DNA of 64,000 nucleotides from Lingula anatina (lineage: Eukaryota > Animalia > Brachiopoda). Location of the stretch: NCBI GenBank assembly GCA_051362555.1, contig CM120640.1, positions 26,088,225 through 26,152,224 of the forward strand. The letters are read 5' to 3'. The position numbers were made by a program, and so were the translations under genes. Under the pieces are notes generated by a model that did no database searches, was not told where the DNA came from, and saw only the letters and a program-made list of their open reading frames with translations. Shown piece after piece: positions 50,801 to 64,000 of the stretch (position 1 is its first letter; each line of letters begins with the position of its first letter).

Positions 50801-53800
50801 CTTTTACTTCAATCAAATTATATTTTTTATCAGGTGTTTTAGATGCAGACTATGCAGACGAAATCATCTTAGAACCCAAGAAGATTGCTATATCGTACAT
50901 CAAATCGTGGTTCTTCCTGGACCTCATCAGCTCCCTGCCATTAGACTATATCTTCCTTATGTTTGACCCCAACACTCCGGATGTCAATCAACTTATGCAA
51001 GCAGGTGAGACACGGGTTGTTCACGTGTGAAATTAATCACAACATTCGATAGTTTTGAAAAATCTTCAGGGACTTAAGTGCCAATATCTGTGAGATTGAT
51101 TCGAATCCTGCAGTGTAGTTTCCAGCGCCTCCAATTGATTGTTTGTCTGCCATCATAAAATTTCCAACAACCTGTAACTTAACACAATGATTTCACTTTT
51201 ATCTCCACCACAGGGCCACTTATAGTTATAATATTTCGCCCAAGTTCACATACAGAGATTTGTTGGCCAACTTCACTTGAAGCATTATCCTAATGCCGTA
51301 GACGTCTAATAACTTAGGAATTTTATGTCATTATTGATATATATGAAAAAGTAAGAAATGTGCGTTATTATCAACCCAGCAAAGCTTCATGCCTGTCATG
51401 CGAAACAACCCTGTTTGATACGTCTAATAAATTACTGCTGTCTACTCCGTCGATTTTGAAGTATGCATCAAACGAATTTGGCAGCTGAATAATACAACTG
51501 CTTCAAGTGAAGTTGGCCAGCCATCGCCTGTATTCGAACTTGGGCGCAATAATATGGGCATCAGGAACGTATACGGCCGTGGGAGAGTTAATTTTCCTAA
51601 CGATTGCTTTTTCCTTTTGCCATTCTATCAATATGACCTTTGAGAGGGATTTTTTTCTCAAATCATTTTGCTTTGGAGCGTCCGAATTTTTTTCTGCGTC
51701 AAGTCATACATCATTTAAAACAGTTGCAACCCATTCCTCAGTACCATCTTCCAATACGTTAGATATATCATAACGTACTTTTCTGTTTTCCGTCTATTTT
51801 TTTAAAGACATTTCTATAAGAACAAAAACATCTCGCCATTTTCTATCTGGAAGGTAATTCCATTAAAATATCTGATTTCAGGACGTGCACTTCGTATCCT
51901 CCGGTTTGCCAAATTACTCAGTCTCCTCCGTCTTCTCCGGTTATCCCGCCTCGTGCGTTACGTCAGCCAGTGGGAAGAGGTAAGCTGAGCGCGTGCGAGG
52001 TACATGTACCTGTAGGCGGTGATAGCGACAATTCACAAGGCTCCGATATAGTGTTCTCGCTTATCATATAAAAGATTGACACCTTTTATAGATAAGTGAG
52101 ATTCTGTGGAAGAAGCAAAACACTCTCTTTTGAAAATGTGATACTAAATTATTGTCACTTTAGTTTTAAATTGGTCATTTTTCTCAAGAATATACCATTA
52201 GTGCTTGTATCATGGCCATAGCCTTATAAAAATCTACCAATATGAGTCTTTCTATTTCCTTCATTATTCAGACTGGAAAATTGATTCCACAATCTGCTTA
52301 TTCTTTATGATCAGCAAATGTTTGCGTGAGGCTATTGCTATATTTTGCTTTTGGGAGCTGTGGGAATCTAATACTTAATCCTGCTATCAAAACTAGCATG
52401 TTGATAGACAGACATTGCATAACCTATATCAAATTTAATTGCTTCTCTCTTCTTTAAAACACTTTTGAAAGGTGTCAGTCACATGGTTCTGCATGAACAT
52501 GCATGACGTCACATAGCGACAACTCCCATGGTAATTCCTCCATTGTATTTTATGAAAACCAGGCAGAGCTAAAAATTATGGGGAAAGATGTTGTGAAACA
52601 AACCAACAATATAACAGTTTTTCCTTTGTGCTCCTGGCCATCAACTATTTTATTAATCATGATTTGATTTGTAGTTCTTCCTAGGCGATGGTTTCGATAC
52701 AGGGACAAGCGTTGGGAAAAAATCGGTAATGTGATGGTCCCGGTAACCCAAATTCAAATTTTCAATTTCCATATTTAATATTTTACTTTTCTGCCTAGGT
52801 AGGTTAAGCAATGCAACTGAGTATGCCAAAATAATGCAGAGGTGGTCTTGATTTTTCGTTTATTTTATTTCTTTGCTCGATTGTGATTTAAGTTACCAAT
52901 GTATTTTGGGGGTGCTTCTGTGTGATAATTTAGGTTTAATGGCTGCTTCACTCTCATTTCATGCAGTTCGCGGAGCATCTCGTCGAAGAAATGTGGTGTG
53001 GCGATAGTGTGTGGTTTCGTTGTAAATCTTTCGCATGCTACTTTTCTCTGCACCTTTGCAGATCTCTGCATCTTTGAATGGAATGTCAAGCATATATTTA
53101 AAGATCTTATACAGAATGAAGAATAATTTTGCTAAAAATCTTACATTTTTTATGAATTTGTTCATTTTTATTTTCTTCATATGGATTTTCTTAAATTATT
53201 TTTTTTTCAAGCATTCCCCTGTAAGACCAATGTCAGAATTATGAAAAGGTCCAAAATCAAAAAGAAAGCAAAATTTAAGGATGGTTTAAGTCTATGTCTA
53301 TCGATCGTACAAGGCATTACCGCAATGTCTTGTTTTAACTTCTTCTAGATAGATGGACAAAAAATCAATTTACCTAGCAAGGGGGTTAAATCGCATGACT
53401 GGATTGACGTTGTGGCGTTGATCAGAGCGTATTTTTTCTACTTTTTCAAATGTTTGATGTTTTACGATTTAGCACTTTTTTATGTATCATGCTACTCAAT
53501 TAGTTTCAGTAAATTCAACGAAGTACTATGTCTGTGCATCATTTTTTTTCTATCTCACTACAGTTAGAAAATTAATGTCATTATTGTCCTAACATGCTGT
53601 AGCCCATCAAAATCTGTATTTAATTGTATGATAAGCTTCTGACCTTTTCCCCATCTGATGATTGACCTGTATTCTTCCAGCTGAATAAGAATAGATAACA
53701 CCAAAATACAATGTCCTTTTCTTTTTGGGGTCATTCTAATCAGAAAGGCCTTGAAAAACCGCGATTATATCAGGGCAGTGCCAAATTTTACGTTTTACCT

Positions 53801-56800
53801 TTTAGTCTTGAAAATATAATCTTTATCCGTGAAGCTAGTAGCGCAATGACTTTTTATGAGGCGCATATACGATAGCAATGATGTTTGAGAATAAATAGGA
53901 TTTGGAAAGTGAAGGCAAACGTCAATTCTTACGAGCTAGCCTGTTTTACAGTGATATTCTTAAAGACAGCGATTCATATTCTTTCATCACGACAGCGTGA
54001 CTTTCATTGTTTTATGTTGTCATATTGACAGGGGAAATCGTTTTAATGATTGAAATTGAAACTTTCAGTTTCTCAGCGTCGCCGGTGTGGTTGTCCGTAT
54101 CTTCAATTTGATTTGCCTGATGCTGCTACTGGGTCACTGGAATGGCTGTTTACAGTACCTAGTGCCGATGTTGCAAGAGTTCCCACCGGACTGCTGGGTA
54201 GCAATAGAGGAGCTGACGGTAAGAGAACTTTGAGAGAACTTCATTTTTAAAAAAATATTTTTGATTTACGCCGATGGAACACGTGGAAGAACTTCAGGTA
54301 AAAGAAATATTGAGCTAATTTATGTCGAACTTAAAAAATTAAGGTTGCGGAACTTGCGGTAAACGAAATTTTGGATTATTTCATATTTTCATACTAAAAT
54401 GTTTATAATGCAGTAGGCCTACCCATGGTACCAAATGGTAGCAAGGATAATAGAAACTGTCATTTAAAGATATCGTGTGGGCTTAAAAATTGATATACGG
54501 ATATTGTTGAGGAGTAAATTTTTGTCAGTAAAGCTTAGACATTAGATGTTTATTCGATCATACCAACTTATACTCTTTAAAATGGGCAACGTCACTATTG
54601 CGTCCACTTGCTTTAAGCCGTAAAAACCAATTCTGTTATCAGCAAATAAGGCGCGCCTTGATTGCAGACGTTTACTCATTTATGCCAGATTTAGCTTTGA
54701 AAACAGTTACAAATCAAATTAAATAGCATTTCTTAACTCGCTGCTTCATAAGTATAAATTGATTACTTGCAGTTTAGTTGCGCACAGTCTCGGAGTTAAG
54801 TCGTGCCATTACTGCGTGGGTAACAATTGCCTCACTGTTAATTTGATAACAGAAGTTTTAGTCTTCATTCTTTCATTTATATCATTGCATAATAATTTCA
54901 AGTGCCTACCTTGATGAAGCCACTCACATCAGATTTAGAATTCAGCAAAGTTCACAAGTACTTCAGTATTATTGATTGCCCAGTGTAAACATTCCAAAAC
55001 AGATCAACCACCAGATCCTTCATTTTACTAGAAAAAGCTGGAAAGCTTACCACTTTAAGTTCTATCTAAAAACATTTTTCGTGTTCTAAACTTTTAAATT
55101 TTTGACCAAGGAGCCCAAAGATTTCGTACATACTAGATGACTCAGATTTGATTTGTATGGTTTTATTTTTCGTCATTACCTCGTATTACATCCCATGTTA
55201 CATACAGTCGTTCAAATACCCCGTGTGAAAAACTGTCCAAAGTTGTCAGAACCAAAGCCTCAACTTCAAAAGATAAATGGGAAATATACTTTTTTCCATA
55301 TTTGGAAAGTCCCCGGTTTACATTTGTTTTATTATAACGGTATATTGATGACTCGTGCACAGAAAAAGACATCCAGGCAAAGTTCCTCAATCCAAGAAGA
55401 TGAAGCCAATTTGTACATTCCTTGCGCTCATAATAACATTTCAGATAATTTGATTTGGTTTCAGTGAACGTAACTTAACAAGCGTGCAATAACCACTAAA
55501 ACTAGTGAAATAAAGGATTGTCTCAAATCACACACTATTGGCAATCAAATTACTTTCTTAGATTTGGGGTCTTTGTCCAATATTGCCATACAAAGTGGTA
55601 TTTTCAAATGGGGATTTGATATTGCTTTTAAAGGCTTGGCTGGGGAAACTTGTGGCGGAACGGTAGCGCTCCTTCCATTTTCAAACCATAAAATATGTAC
55701 ACCAGATTCTTACTTTTACTTTCAGACTAAATCTCTTTTTATCCTGGGAATTACAGCTTACTGTAAAGGATTTACTTTATTCCAAGCAATGATTAAGATG
55801 CTGTTTAGATAAATATAGTAGGCTATTTATTTATCGCAAAGTTAGGAAACGGATGAAAGTTTGGCATCTCACCATATCTACTTATGACACGTATGCCTTA
55901 ACGTTAAATGCGATCATACCTTAGTTAATGTATTTCCCTGAAAAGCATATCAAAGGAAATTTTGAAAAGTGGTACATGTAGCTGTATCCCTTCGTACAAT
56001 GTGTCTTCCTTTATGCTCTCTCTCTCTCTCTCTATCTCAGCGGTATGCATTATAGCGAGACATACCAAAGTACATAGAGCAGTGCTAAATCAATCATTAA
56101 GGAAACAATTTATCTGTAAAAGTTAGCTCTGAACGTTCTCTAACTGGTAAGCCCATTTATGTAAAAGACGCAAGTTTTAAAAATACTTAACCTGACCTGT
56201 TTTTTTTAAGGCTTGCAACGTACCATAGACCTTGGTCCCATGTGTCTCTAGTGTGTTAAGACACAAATATAACGAACAGAGAGAAGTATTTCACAAATAG
56301 GTCTTTTCATAAATATTTTCAGAAAGCCGACTGGAAAGAACAATACACATGGGCGTTGTTCAAGGCATTGTCCCACATGCTATGCATTGGATACGGTCGT
56401 TGGCCACCTCAGAACGTCACTGACGTCACACTGACCATCATCAGCATGTTGACCGGTGCCACGTGCTACGCGCTCTTTGTTGGACATGCCACTACGCTGA
56501 TTCAGTCATTTGACACCGGCAGAAGATTGTTTAGAGAAAAGGTACTGCTTCAGATCTTACCAGAAATATTGGCAGTCGTTATCGCAAAATGTATGCCATT
56601 ATGGCCAATGAGTATCGCCATTGGGCTGGTGTTGTCCGAACCCATGCTTTCATTTTTCTTTTTTTTTCTTTCCGTATGTTTGGATAATTGTGTCACTGCA
56701 TGTACGCCTGAAACCAGAGCCTAATTTTCTAGTATTGGATAAAGTCCATGAAATAAAAAGAGACAAACTACCATAACGTATAAATTCTACTGTTAAGCAT

Positions 56801-59205
56801 TTACCCATGCCCATTATTTTCACTAAATGTTAAATATTTTATTCGCCTAGTATAAACAAGTGGAAGAATACATGTCTTACCGCCGCCTCCCGCGTGATCT
56901 CAGGGGGAAGATTGCAGATTTTTACGAACATAAGTATAGAGGAAAGATGTTTGACGAGGATGCAATATTGAACGATCTCTCGGAGACATTACGTGAGGTG
57001 AGTGTGAAATGGGACTATAAAGTTGTAATCAAATTTATATCGCTCACTTTCTAGGAAAGTCGGTAATCACATCAGGCGTCTTTCCGTGTTAATTACTTAG
57101 TGTCTAAAGTAAATAGTATTAAGAACGGTACTGATAAAGAATATCCGATTGCAAAGAATGTGTCCAACTTTATTAAAATGATGAAATGGGACATTTTATA
57201 CCATTTTGCATTTTGCACAGGATTTTACTTTATTTTGGAACATATATTCTCGTTGAGGTCGAAGTATATCCAAAGTATATCAAAAATGTCTTTGCCTGAT
57301 TGCGAATTAAAACGAAGTTAATCAGTAAATCTGTATATGGAATAATTGAAATATTTACGACAGTTGTCCAAATACTAATATGTGCGAAATGTCCTTACAG
57401 AGCGTTGTTAATCACAACTGCAGGGCATTAGTTGCCAACGTGCCGTTCTTCACCAATGCCGACCCGCACTTTGTCACAGAAGTCATCTCAAAACTTAAGT
57501 ACGAGGTGTGCCAGCCTAAAGACTTCATCATCAAAGAGGGAACGCGAGGTGACAAGATGTACTTCATCCAGGAGGGCATAGTCGATATCATCACCAAAGA
57601 TGGCGAAGTAGCCACTAGTCTGTCAGACGGATCCTATTTTGGGGGTAGGTTCTGAATGGGGCTTTTCGTATATGTGTGTCTTCAGAGAGATGCCATTGTG
57701 ACTTTATGCAGTATCAAAAGCAATTACCCATTACTTGAACCGAAACGCCTGACCTCATTTTCAAATTGGATTTCTGTTTTGTGAGAGATAAATTGGAATC
57801 AATTTACAGGATGAATTCGCTGCACTCGCGCTATAGGCTAATTCGTTTTTTTTCCTTCTCCGCACCTTGACTGTAATATTGCATGTTATATTTTATGTTT
57901 TGTAAAGTGATCATTTGCTACACGAAAGCCACTAATCAGAACACATTGTAATTAAGGATGGTGGAAAAGTTTTTTGACAGCATTCTTTAAATTCTCTTTT
58001 TATGGGGGAGGTATAAAAAAACTTTGTTGAATTGTAACTGACAGAGATTACGAATCAGTACTCAAAATCGTTCAACACCTTTACACTTTTAATTTTCAGA
58101 AATCTGTCTCCTCACCAACGCAAAGCGCGTGGCCAGCGTCTACGCTGAGACCTACTGCAACCTGTTCTCTCTGTCAGTGGAGGACTTCAATAAGATACTG
58201 GAGCATTATCCCCTGATGCGTAGAACACTGGAGAGCGTTGCAGCACAGCGGCTCAGCAAGATCGGCAAGGACGCTAACATGATGAGCACCGTGCAGGAGG
58301 AAGATGTGAAAGCCATGAACCAAATCATCCAAGAATCGGCGTCACTGCGGTCAGGTAGTTAAGCCCCTACAACCTGAGGCTTAGTGTCGTGATACTGAAA
58401 TCTGAAGGCATATAAACTGCAACCCAATTCCTTATTTCTCCACAAATGTTATCTCCGTAAAAAAAGGCTAGCTGCTTTCATTAACCAATTGATAACCATG
58501 ATCAAACATTCCAAATTTATTCCAGTAAATATTTCATATTGACATTCAGGATCGTCTTTTTATACATTTCAAACTTATATTTCTCTTTTCTGTGCAGTAA
58601 AGCAAGAGACATGAAACAGGCAAAGCTTGGCTTCGAACCTTCTTCTAGTCTTTTGCGATTCAGGAAATCTCTGCGATAAAAACAGTACTTATAACGAAGA
58701 GTATTATTTAAGTTAAACAAAAGACATTTATTTTACAGACACCGGCAGCAACAGTCCCGATGAGAAACGCAGGGAGAGCAAGAAATACAGGAGCTCCGAA
58801 TTCTTGGAGGTGGACGAAAGGCCTCATAAACAGAAGAAAAAGCGATTGAGCAGCATCTTTAAAGCGCCATTCCTGTTGGAATTCAAGACCAAGAAGGACA
58901 GGTCAGACACCACCTGCGGGGAAGTTCATGAGGAAGAAACCAGTGATATTGACGACGTTGACGACGAATATGACGGCAGCGATGGTCACAGCAACAGCAA
59001 ATGTAAGGGCACCTCTGGGGGAACGTCCCCTCTCTTGTCCGTGCCCCAGGGGACGCTCAGCACCTACCACAGCGTTCCCAGTTTCTACAGCCCATCCACG
59101 GACAAGGTGAACGGTCAGGTGGCCTACGTGAACGTCGATGTGGAGGATGAGGAGGAGACCGCAGATGCCACCGCAAATGTAGCTGAAAAAGAATCTTTAG
59201 TTTAA
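40498..59205 (+). CDS. HCN: Hyperpolarization-activated cyclic nucleotide-gated (HCN/Ih) channel, about 870 aa
   Basis: Exons 40498-41195, 48160-48323, 50834-51004, 51882-51979, 54069-54218, 56323-56541, 56851-56997, 57401-57644, 58100-58354, 58739-59205 join in frame (2613 nt). Motifs: [15 protein letters not shown]4 [26 protein letters not shown], pore [31 protein letters not shown] near 59555. Confidence 0.96.
43912..44117. mobile_element. PIF/Harbinger-type MITE in HCN intron 1
   Basis: Approximately 47-bp TIRs TGCCCCTATTTCA.ACAGACCACGAATCCCACGAATCGCCAGGAATT (1 mismatch) with a TTA target duplication. Confidence 0.85.
46185..46279. mobile_element. Short MITE-like inverted repeat
   Basis: 20-bp perfect inverted termini CCCAGCAAACACGTCACGTT. 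No clear target duplication. Confidence 0.65.
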
Positions 59206-60236
59206 TTTTAGTCAAGGTGCCATTAATTACTCAAGGATCATAAGATTAGAATACTTCACGAACATTTCCTTATCATTAATTTTATCCCCTTATTTCTTCA
59301 TCGCCTTCTAGTGTATAGAATCTCTACGAAGTTACTGTGATTTTCAAAAATCAAAACATTTGCTAGGAAATCTGCATAATTCCAAAGTGTTAGAGACTGT
59401 GATCAAAATTATAAATGTATTCGTTCATGTCCTGTTTTTGTAAATACATGTGTACATAGTTGTTTTAGGGTAAAGCTTAATATGAACTGCACATTAACGT
59501 ATACGAAATTGTCTTTTAAAATGAAATGCCAAATGTAAATAACAACAAACACGCAATAAAATGGGAAACCGAATTTCGAATAGAGTCGGTTCGGGTTTAT
59601 AGAGCCGTGAACATAAGTACAGTCCTTTCATCGTCTTTCGCACTCCATTAAAAAGCGTTTGATCTGGCCATTATATGGCAAGCAGAGCTTTCTATTAGTG
59701 TAATTACACCGCTGTCTGTTTAAAAGTACATGCAGGGTTTATCATTTGCAGTTTGAGTGATGCAGAAATGGCGACAAGGAGGCAAAAAAGAATGACTCCA
59801 GATGTTTAAGCATCATGTTTTTTATTGCTACCTTCAGCAGTTTTTTTATAAATGAATTCATTAGGTGTCCAAGTTATCAACCTTTATTTGATTCTTTTGA
59901 CATTCAAATGAACTTTTAACCCCAAGGTGAACTGTGCATTTCCCAAGTGTAGTTATAGTTTGATTCATCTCATTTTTCAGTCTAAAAGCATAACGCAGTG
60001 AAGATCACATTAAGTTTCAGTCAATGTCTCCAGCACTAAAAAAAGCAATCATTGCTGAAACTAAAGGGAATCAAGCTTTTCTATCATATAAACTGACACA
60101 ACTTTAAATCAAGGGACTTGAAATATGTGTAGCTGCACTGGCATTATGAAATATGGGAGATCCAACATGGATGCTGCAAACTAGTTCACTTGAAAACAGC
60201 ACCGATGACAGCCTGTACAGCGTCCTAGGAACCACT

Positions 60237-60471
60237 CCCACAGATATTTGGATCGATTTATCTCCCTGGGGCTTCTCACTACATTGCTATCAAACTAACT
60301 GGCTTAAATGTCTGTTACACCCAGTAAAGCTGTTGAGAGGGGGGGGGTAATTATCTTTACCCTAGCTGATTCGGTAGGCATGAGAGACATTTAAGCTGGA
60401 TCAGTTGATAGCAATTTAGTGAGACTCCCCAGGGAGTTAGACCGGTCCAGATGGATCAATCTAGGTATGGG
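60237..60471. mobile_element. MITE family copy 2 (related to 35501-35698)
   Basis: Long imperfect inverted arms with CCCA..TGGG termini. Sequence shared with 35501-35698. Confidence 0.75.
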
Positions 60472-61220
60472 AAACCAGTCCTAATTACTGAAAATGCTTT
60501 GCATACTAAAGTGCCAGGACATAACAAGTTACAGAAACCTTACTAACATACAGACTTCTTGGCTGCAAATCTAATCATGATGAGATCGAGTGATCATCTT
60601 CTATTTGCACTTGTGAATTACGAGTTGATCTGTACTAAAAATACAAATTGGTTTTCAAAGATAATTGATCCGATAGTGGAACTGTAAATTAAATAAACAA
60701 GCCATATTTTTCTGTAAACCTTTTTTATTTGAGATAGGAGGGCGAACATTACAACAGAATTAAATGAAGTAAGCTTTTAGCTCATTTATCATTCCTGTTC
60801 TGCAACACAGATAACCTCATCAGTGAAGATGATGGAGAAGGTCCCCATGTGACCATGGAAAAGAATTACTTCAAATTTGATTAAGTCAACCCTTGCAAAG
60901 TGTTTTTATATTTTTAAACCATGGTCTGAAATAATCACAGAGCATTTGTCTGACATAATAATTCTACAAAACTGATTAAAAAACAATATGCTATGTGGGA
61001 ACATTCAGCAATTCAGCACCCTGTGAACAACAGATTTCCACACTTTCCACACTACATAGAGAGATGACAATACTATACTGAGGTTATTTAATAGCAATAA
61101 CAGCACCAGCTTAAACCATCTGAAGGTCATTTATAAGTATCATTTGGTATAGGAATGTGCTCAGCAGTGTGCCTTCCTTCTTCTGGCATGATTCCTGTGG
61201 CCCCCTGCTCACAAGGCTGT

Positions 61221-63885
61221 TTACAAAGACTCCTGGCTAAACAGTGGCTGGGAGAATGTGGCACTGCTGCTTGGGGTTGATACTCCACTGCTTGGCATAG
61301 TGCTGTCCTTGGCACTAGGTACTACTTGCTCTGGTACCATTACCATATCATCTGCCTCTGTTCTCAGTGCCTCAGCTTTCTCATTTAACAGCATCTATAG
61401 GAGAACAAGTAAGTTTTCATTATCTGTAGTGAAAACATACTTTGAATTTACTGGTTGAATTTACATTACTGGCCGTTTCAGGTCACTGAAAATTAGCTGC
61501 ACAGCATGTTTCCCATTGGATTAATAAAATGGGCATAACTTAAACTGCTTCTCGTATGTCACAAACATACACTTACAAGAGCGGCTGATGTCAACTGTTT
61601 GGCTACTTTCCGAGACAGATGGTCAATGCTTTTTACCATGTCTTCAATGTCTGCATGTGCCACATGTTGCAAGGTCTTATACCCTGCACTATACAGCTGT
61701 CTGGCACGGCCCTGAATTACATTAAAACACATATTAGGCATAGTGTTGAGAAGATCTGAGATGTAGATATAAAAGGCAAAATGTTGCACAAACTTTGATT
61801 ATCATTCTGTAACTGTTTATTATATTACCAATGTACCCTTCAGTTTTTAGGATTCCACTATAAATATTGTGATTAAAATGTAACATGCACATACACACAT
61901 TCATACGACACATCACGTGCATGAAAGCACACAAACATAACTCAGTCACCTGTTTGACACCAGGTATCTCCATCAATGGAATCAGCTCCATGGTAACACA
62001 GAATGAGAGTTTTTTAACAAAATTTCCCATTAGGTCCTGGTATGCCCAGAACTCTTCCAGCTCAGCACAGAAGTGCATGACACATGAGGCAAAGGTGGCA
62101 GCACTCTGGAGCAAGTTCTGCACAGTCCCTCTGGGTAACTGGTATCTAGATGCAACTTCCCATATAGTCTTCTGTTTCCACAAGTCGTACAGCACCAGTG
62201 TGATATAGAATCGGTTCGCCTTAAAAGCTTGCTCTTCTGACTGTAAAAATTATGGAATAATAATGGCAAAAGAGCTATTAAGAAGGTGGAAATGTTAGAA
62301 AGTTCTAATGAGTTTTCAAATGTGGATCCATATTTCAACTTTTTAAAATCTGATTGACTGAATTTGGTAAAATAATAACTGTAGATATCACCCCAATGAA
62401 AGTGTTACATAACACAATTTGGTCTTATTGTGTGCTGTATTCAGCAGCACACAATGAAAATCAATACCTCCTTCACCCTCTGTCCAGCTACTTTCTTGAC
62501 TAGATAGCTCTCTGTAATCCCCACTAATTCAGCTGTCCTAACTTCTGTGGATTCCAAGCTGCTAAACTAGAAAATAAGAAACCACATTTTAAGGGATAAA
62601 ATACCAGTAAACTTCATCAAGTAATGGGAAGTGAACATATCTAAGGAAAAATGATATCACTTATGTTCCAAGAAGCTATTCTTAGATTTTGTAAAGTCTA
62701 TAGTAATTAGCAATAATGAAATTTTGTCTGTCTCCAATGAGCCATACAACTTTTCACTAAATGTGTTGTATGAAGGAAATGAGACAGTTTAATGTTGTGG
62801 TGTGCTTAAACACGACATCTATGTCTTTAAGATGCATGCTCTGTTTACACCACCCACAAGTCATTGCTGAGGATATCTTCCACTTATATTAGAATTATTA
62901 GTTTCTTTTAAATTCTAAGTACAAACTGCAAATAATATCACATTGCTATTTAAACAAAGTCCTGTACATTCTGACAGACACAAAGATATGTACACATCTT
63001 CAAAATGTGTTCTTTCAAAGCATGATTATGAATGAAACAAACATTTAGTCACTTTTATATAAATGTTCGGCAATCATGACAAATGATGTATTGTATGGCC
63101 AATTCATTTTTGTATGTAACCTGCACATCAGACACAATCTGGTCATTAATCCCTTAGAGGGGTGCAAGTGATAGCATGGTAATCTTTTCTGATACTACAC
63201 AGGTAGGAGCGGATATAAACAAAGAACAGACCAACCAACCTGCTTGAAGAATATCAACCATGAGACATTGACCTGCTGCACCATGTCATAAGGTGTGACA
63301 AGATAGAGAAGATGCAGGTGACTGGTTAAGTTCATAGCATCACGTGCTGCACACAGGTCTCCATAAAGCTGCTTAGCCATGTCAACATCAATACCACCTA
63401 TTGGATGATAAAACATATGACTTATTTATTTATTTAACCATCCATGCAAACCAGCCTTGTAGCCAGAGGTGAAAGGCGTCGAGGCAAGTCACCCTTGCAC
63501 AGAAAGTTTGAACCACTCCACTGGGGCCCCATTCTTATGTGGTAAAATATATCTGGAGGAAATTTCAAGCCAGGAATTTAGATAATTCTACTCAAAGAGA
63601 AATCACATACATGAATAGATAAGATAACTGTTCCACAATATTCAGACACTAACCTTTGAAAGCTGCCCTTCCCAGCTTAGTGACCTCCAAGGCTGGCAAG
63701 GAAAGGTCCTCAGAAGTCTTTGCAGAACTTGGGCTATTCTTTCTCTGTGCCACCATTTCAAGTTGTAGTAGTTGTTGAACAGTTGTTCTGGACAACTCAG
63801 AGATATCAATATCTTGTTCTCTGCTCTGAACAGCAAGCAACGTTTTGTTCAGAAATTCAATAACAGACATTATATTGGGTGTGAT
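61221..63885 (-). CDS. HELQ: Helicase POLQ-like (HELQ/HEL308), 3' exons; the gene continues beyond the window
   Basis: Phase-consistent exons 63654-63885, 63240-63397, 62468-62566, 61950-62240, 61577-61711, 61221-61394. Motifs: VTKLGRAAFKG, LHLLYLVTPY, RGTVQNLLQSAATFASCV, ELIPLMEIPGVKQGRARQLYSAGY, MLLNEKAEAL. Confidence 0.95.
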
Positions 63886-64000
63886 CTGTAATAAAAAGTG
63901 TTAAAGACACTTTGAGGGCTCTGTGTTGGGAAAATAAGATCAAAAACAAGATTTATGAATTCCAATGTTCAATAAATAATCAAATGTTTATCTCTAGTTG

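Noticed and set aside
61127-61315. 62-aa minus-strand ORF at the HELQ 3' end
   Set aside because: Wrong frame. The HELQ last exon reads MLLNEKAEAL...QESL* (61394-61221).

Overview
AT-rich, intron-containing genomic DNA from an animal, probably a marine invertebrate. The taxon is inferred from gene style only. Splicing by hand on GT-AG sites gives these genes in order: (1) the 3' end of a Munc13/BAIAP3-like MUN-domain gene (+) that carries a split DEP domain where the final C2 domain is expected; (2) a 10-exon GPI-anchored RGM-like gene (+) with a GDPH motif and a non-canonical N-terminal domain; (3) an accessory block at about 13-37 kb; (4) a complete 10-exon HCN channel gene (+); (5) the 3' exons of HELQ (-). 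The accessory block holds three paralogous small hydrophobic membrane-protein genes, a Tc1-type element carrying a BEN-domain cargo ORF, a degenerate DD34E Tc1 element and several MITEs. It also holds a ZNFX1-like helicase gene (-) with RNA Pol II CTD-like heptads inserted in its helicase region and a tandemly duplicated promoter/first exon bearing IRF-like elements. All homology calls rest on motif recognition from memory; no searches were run.
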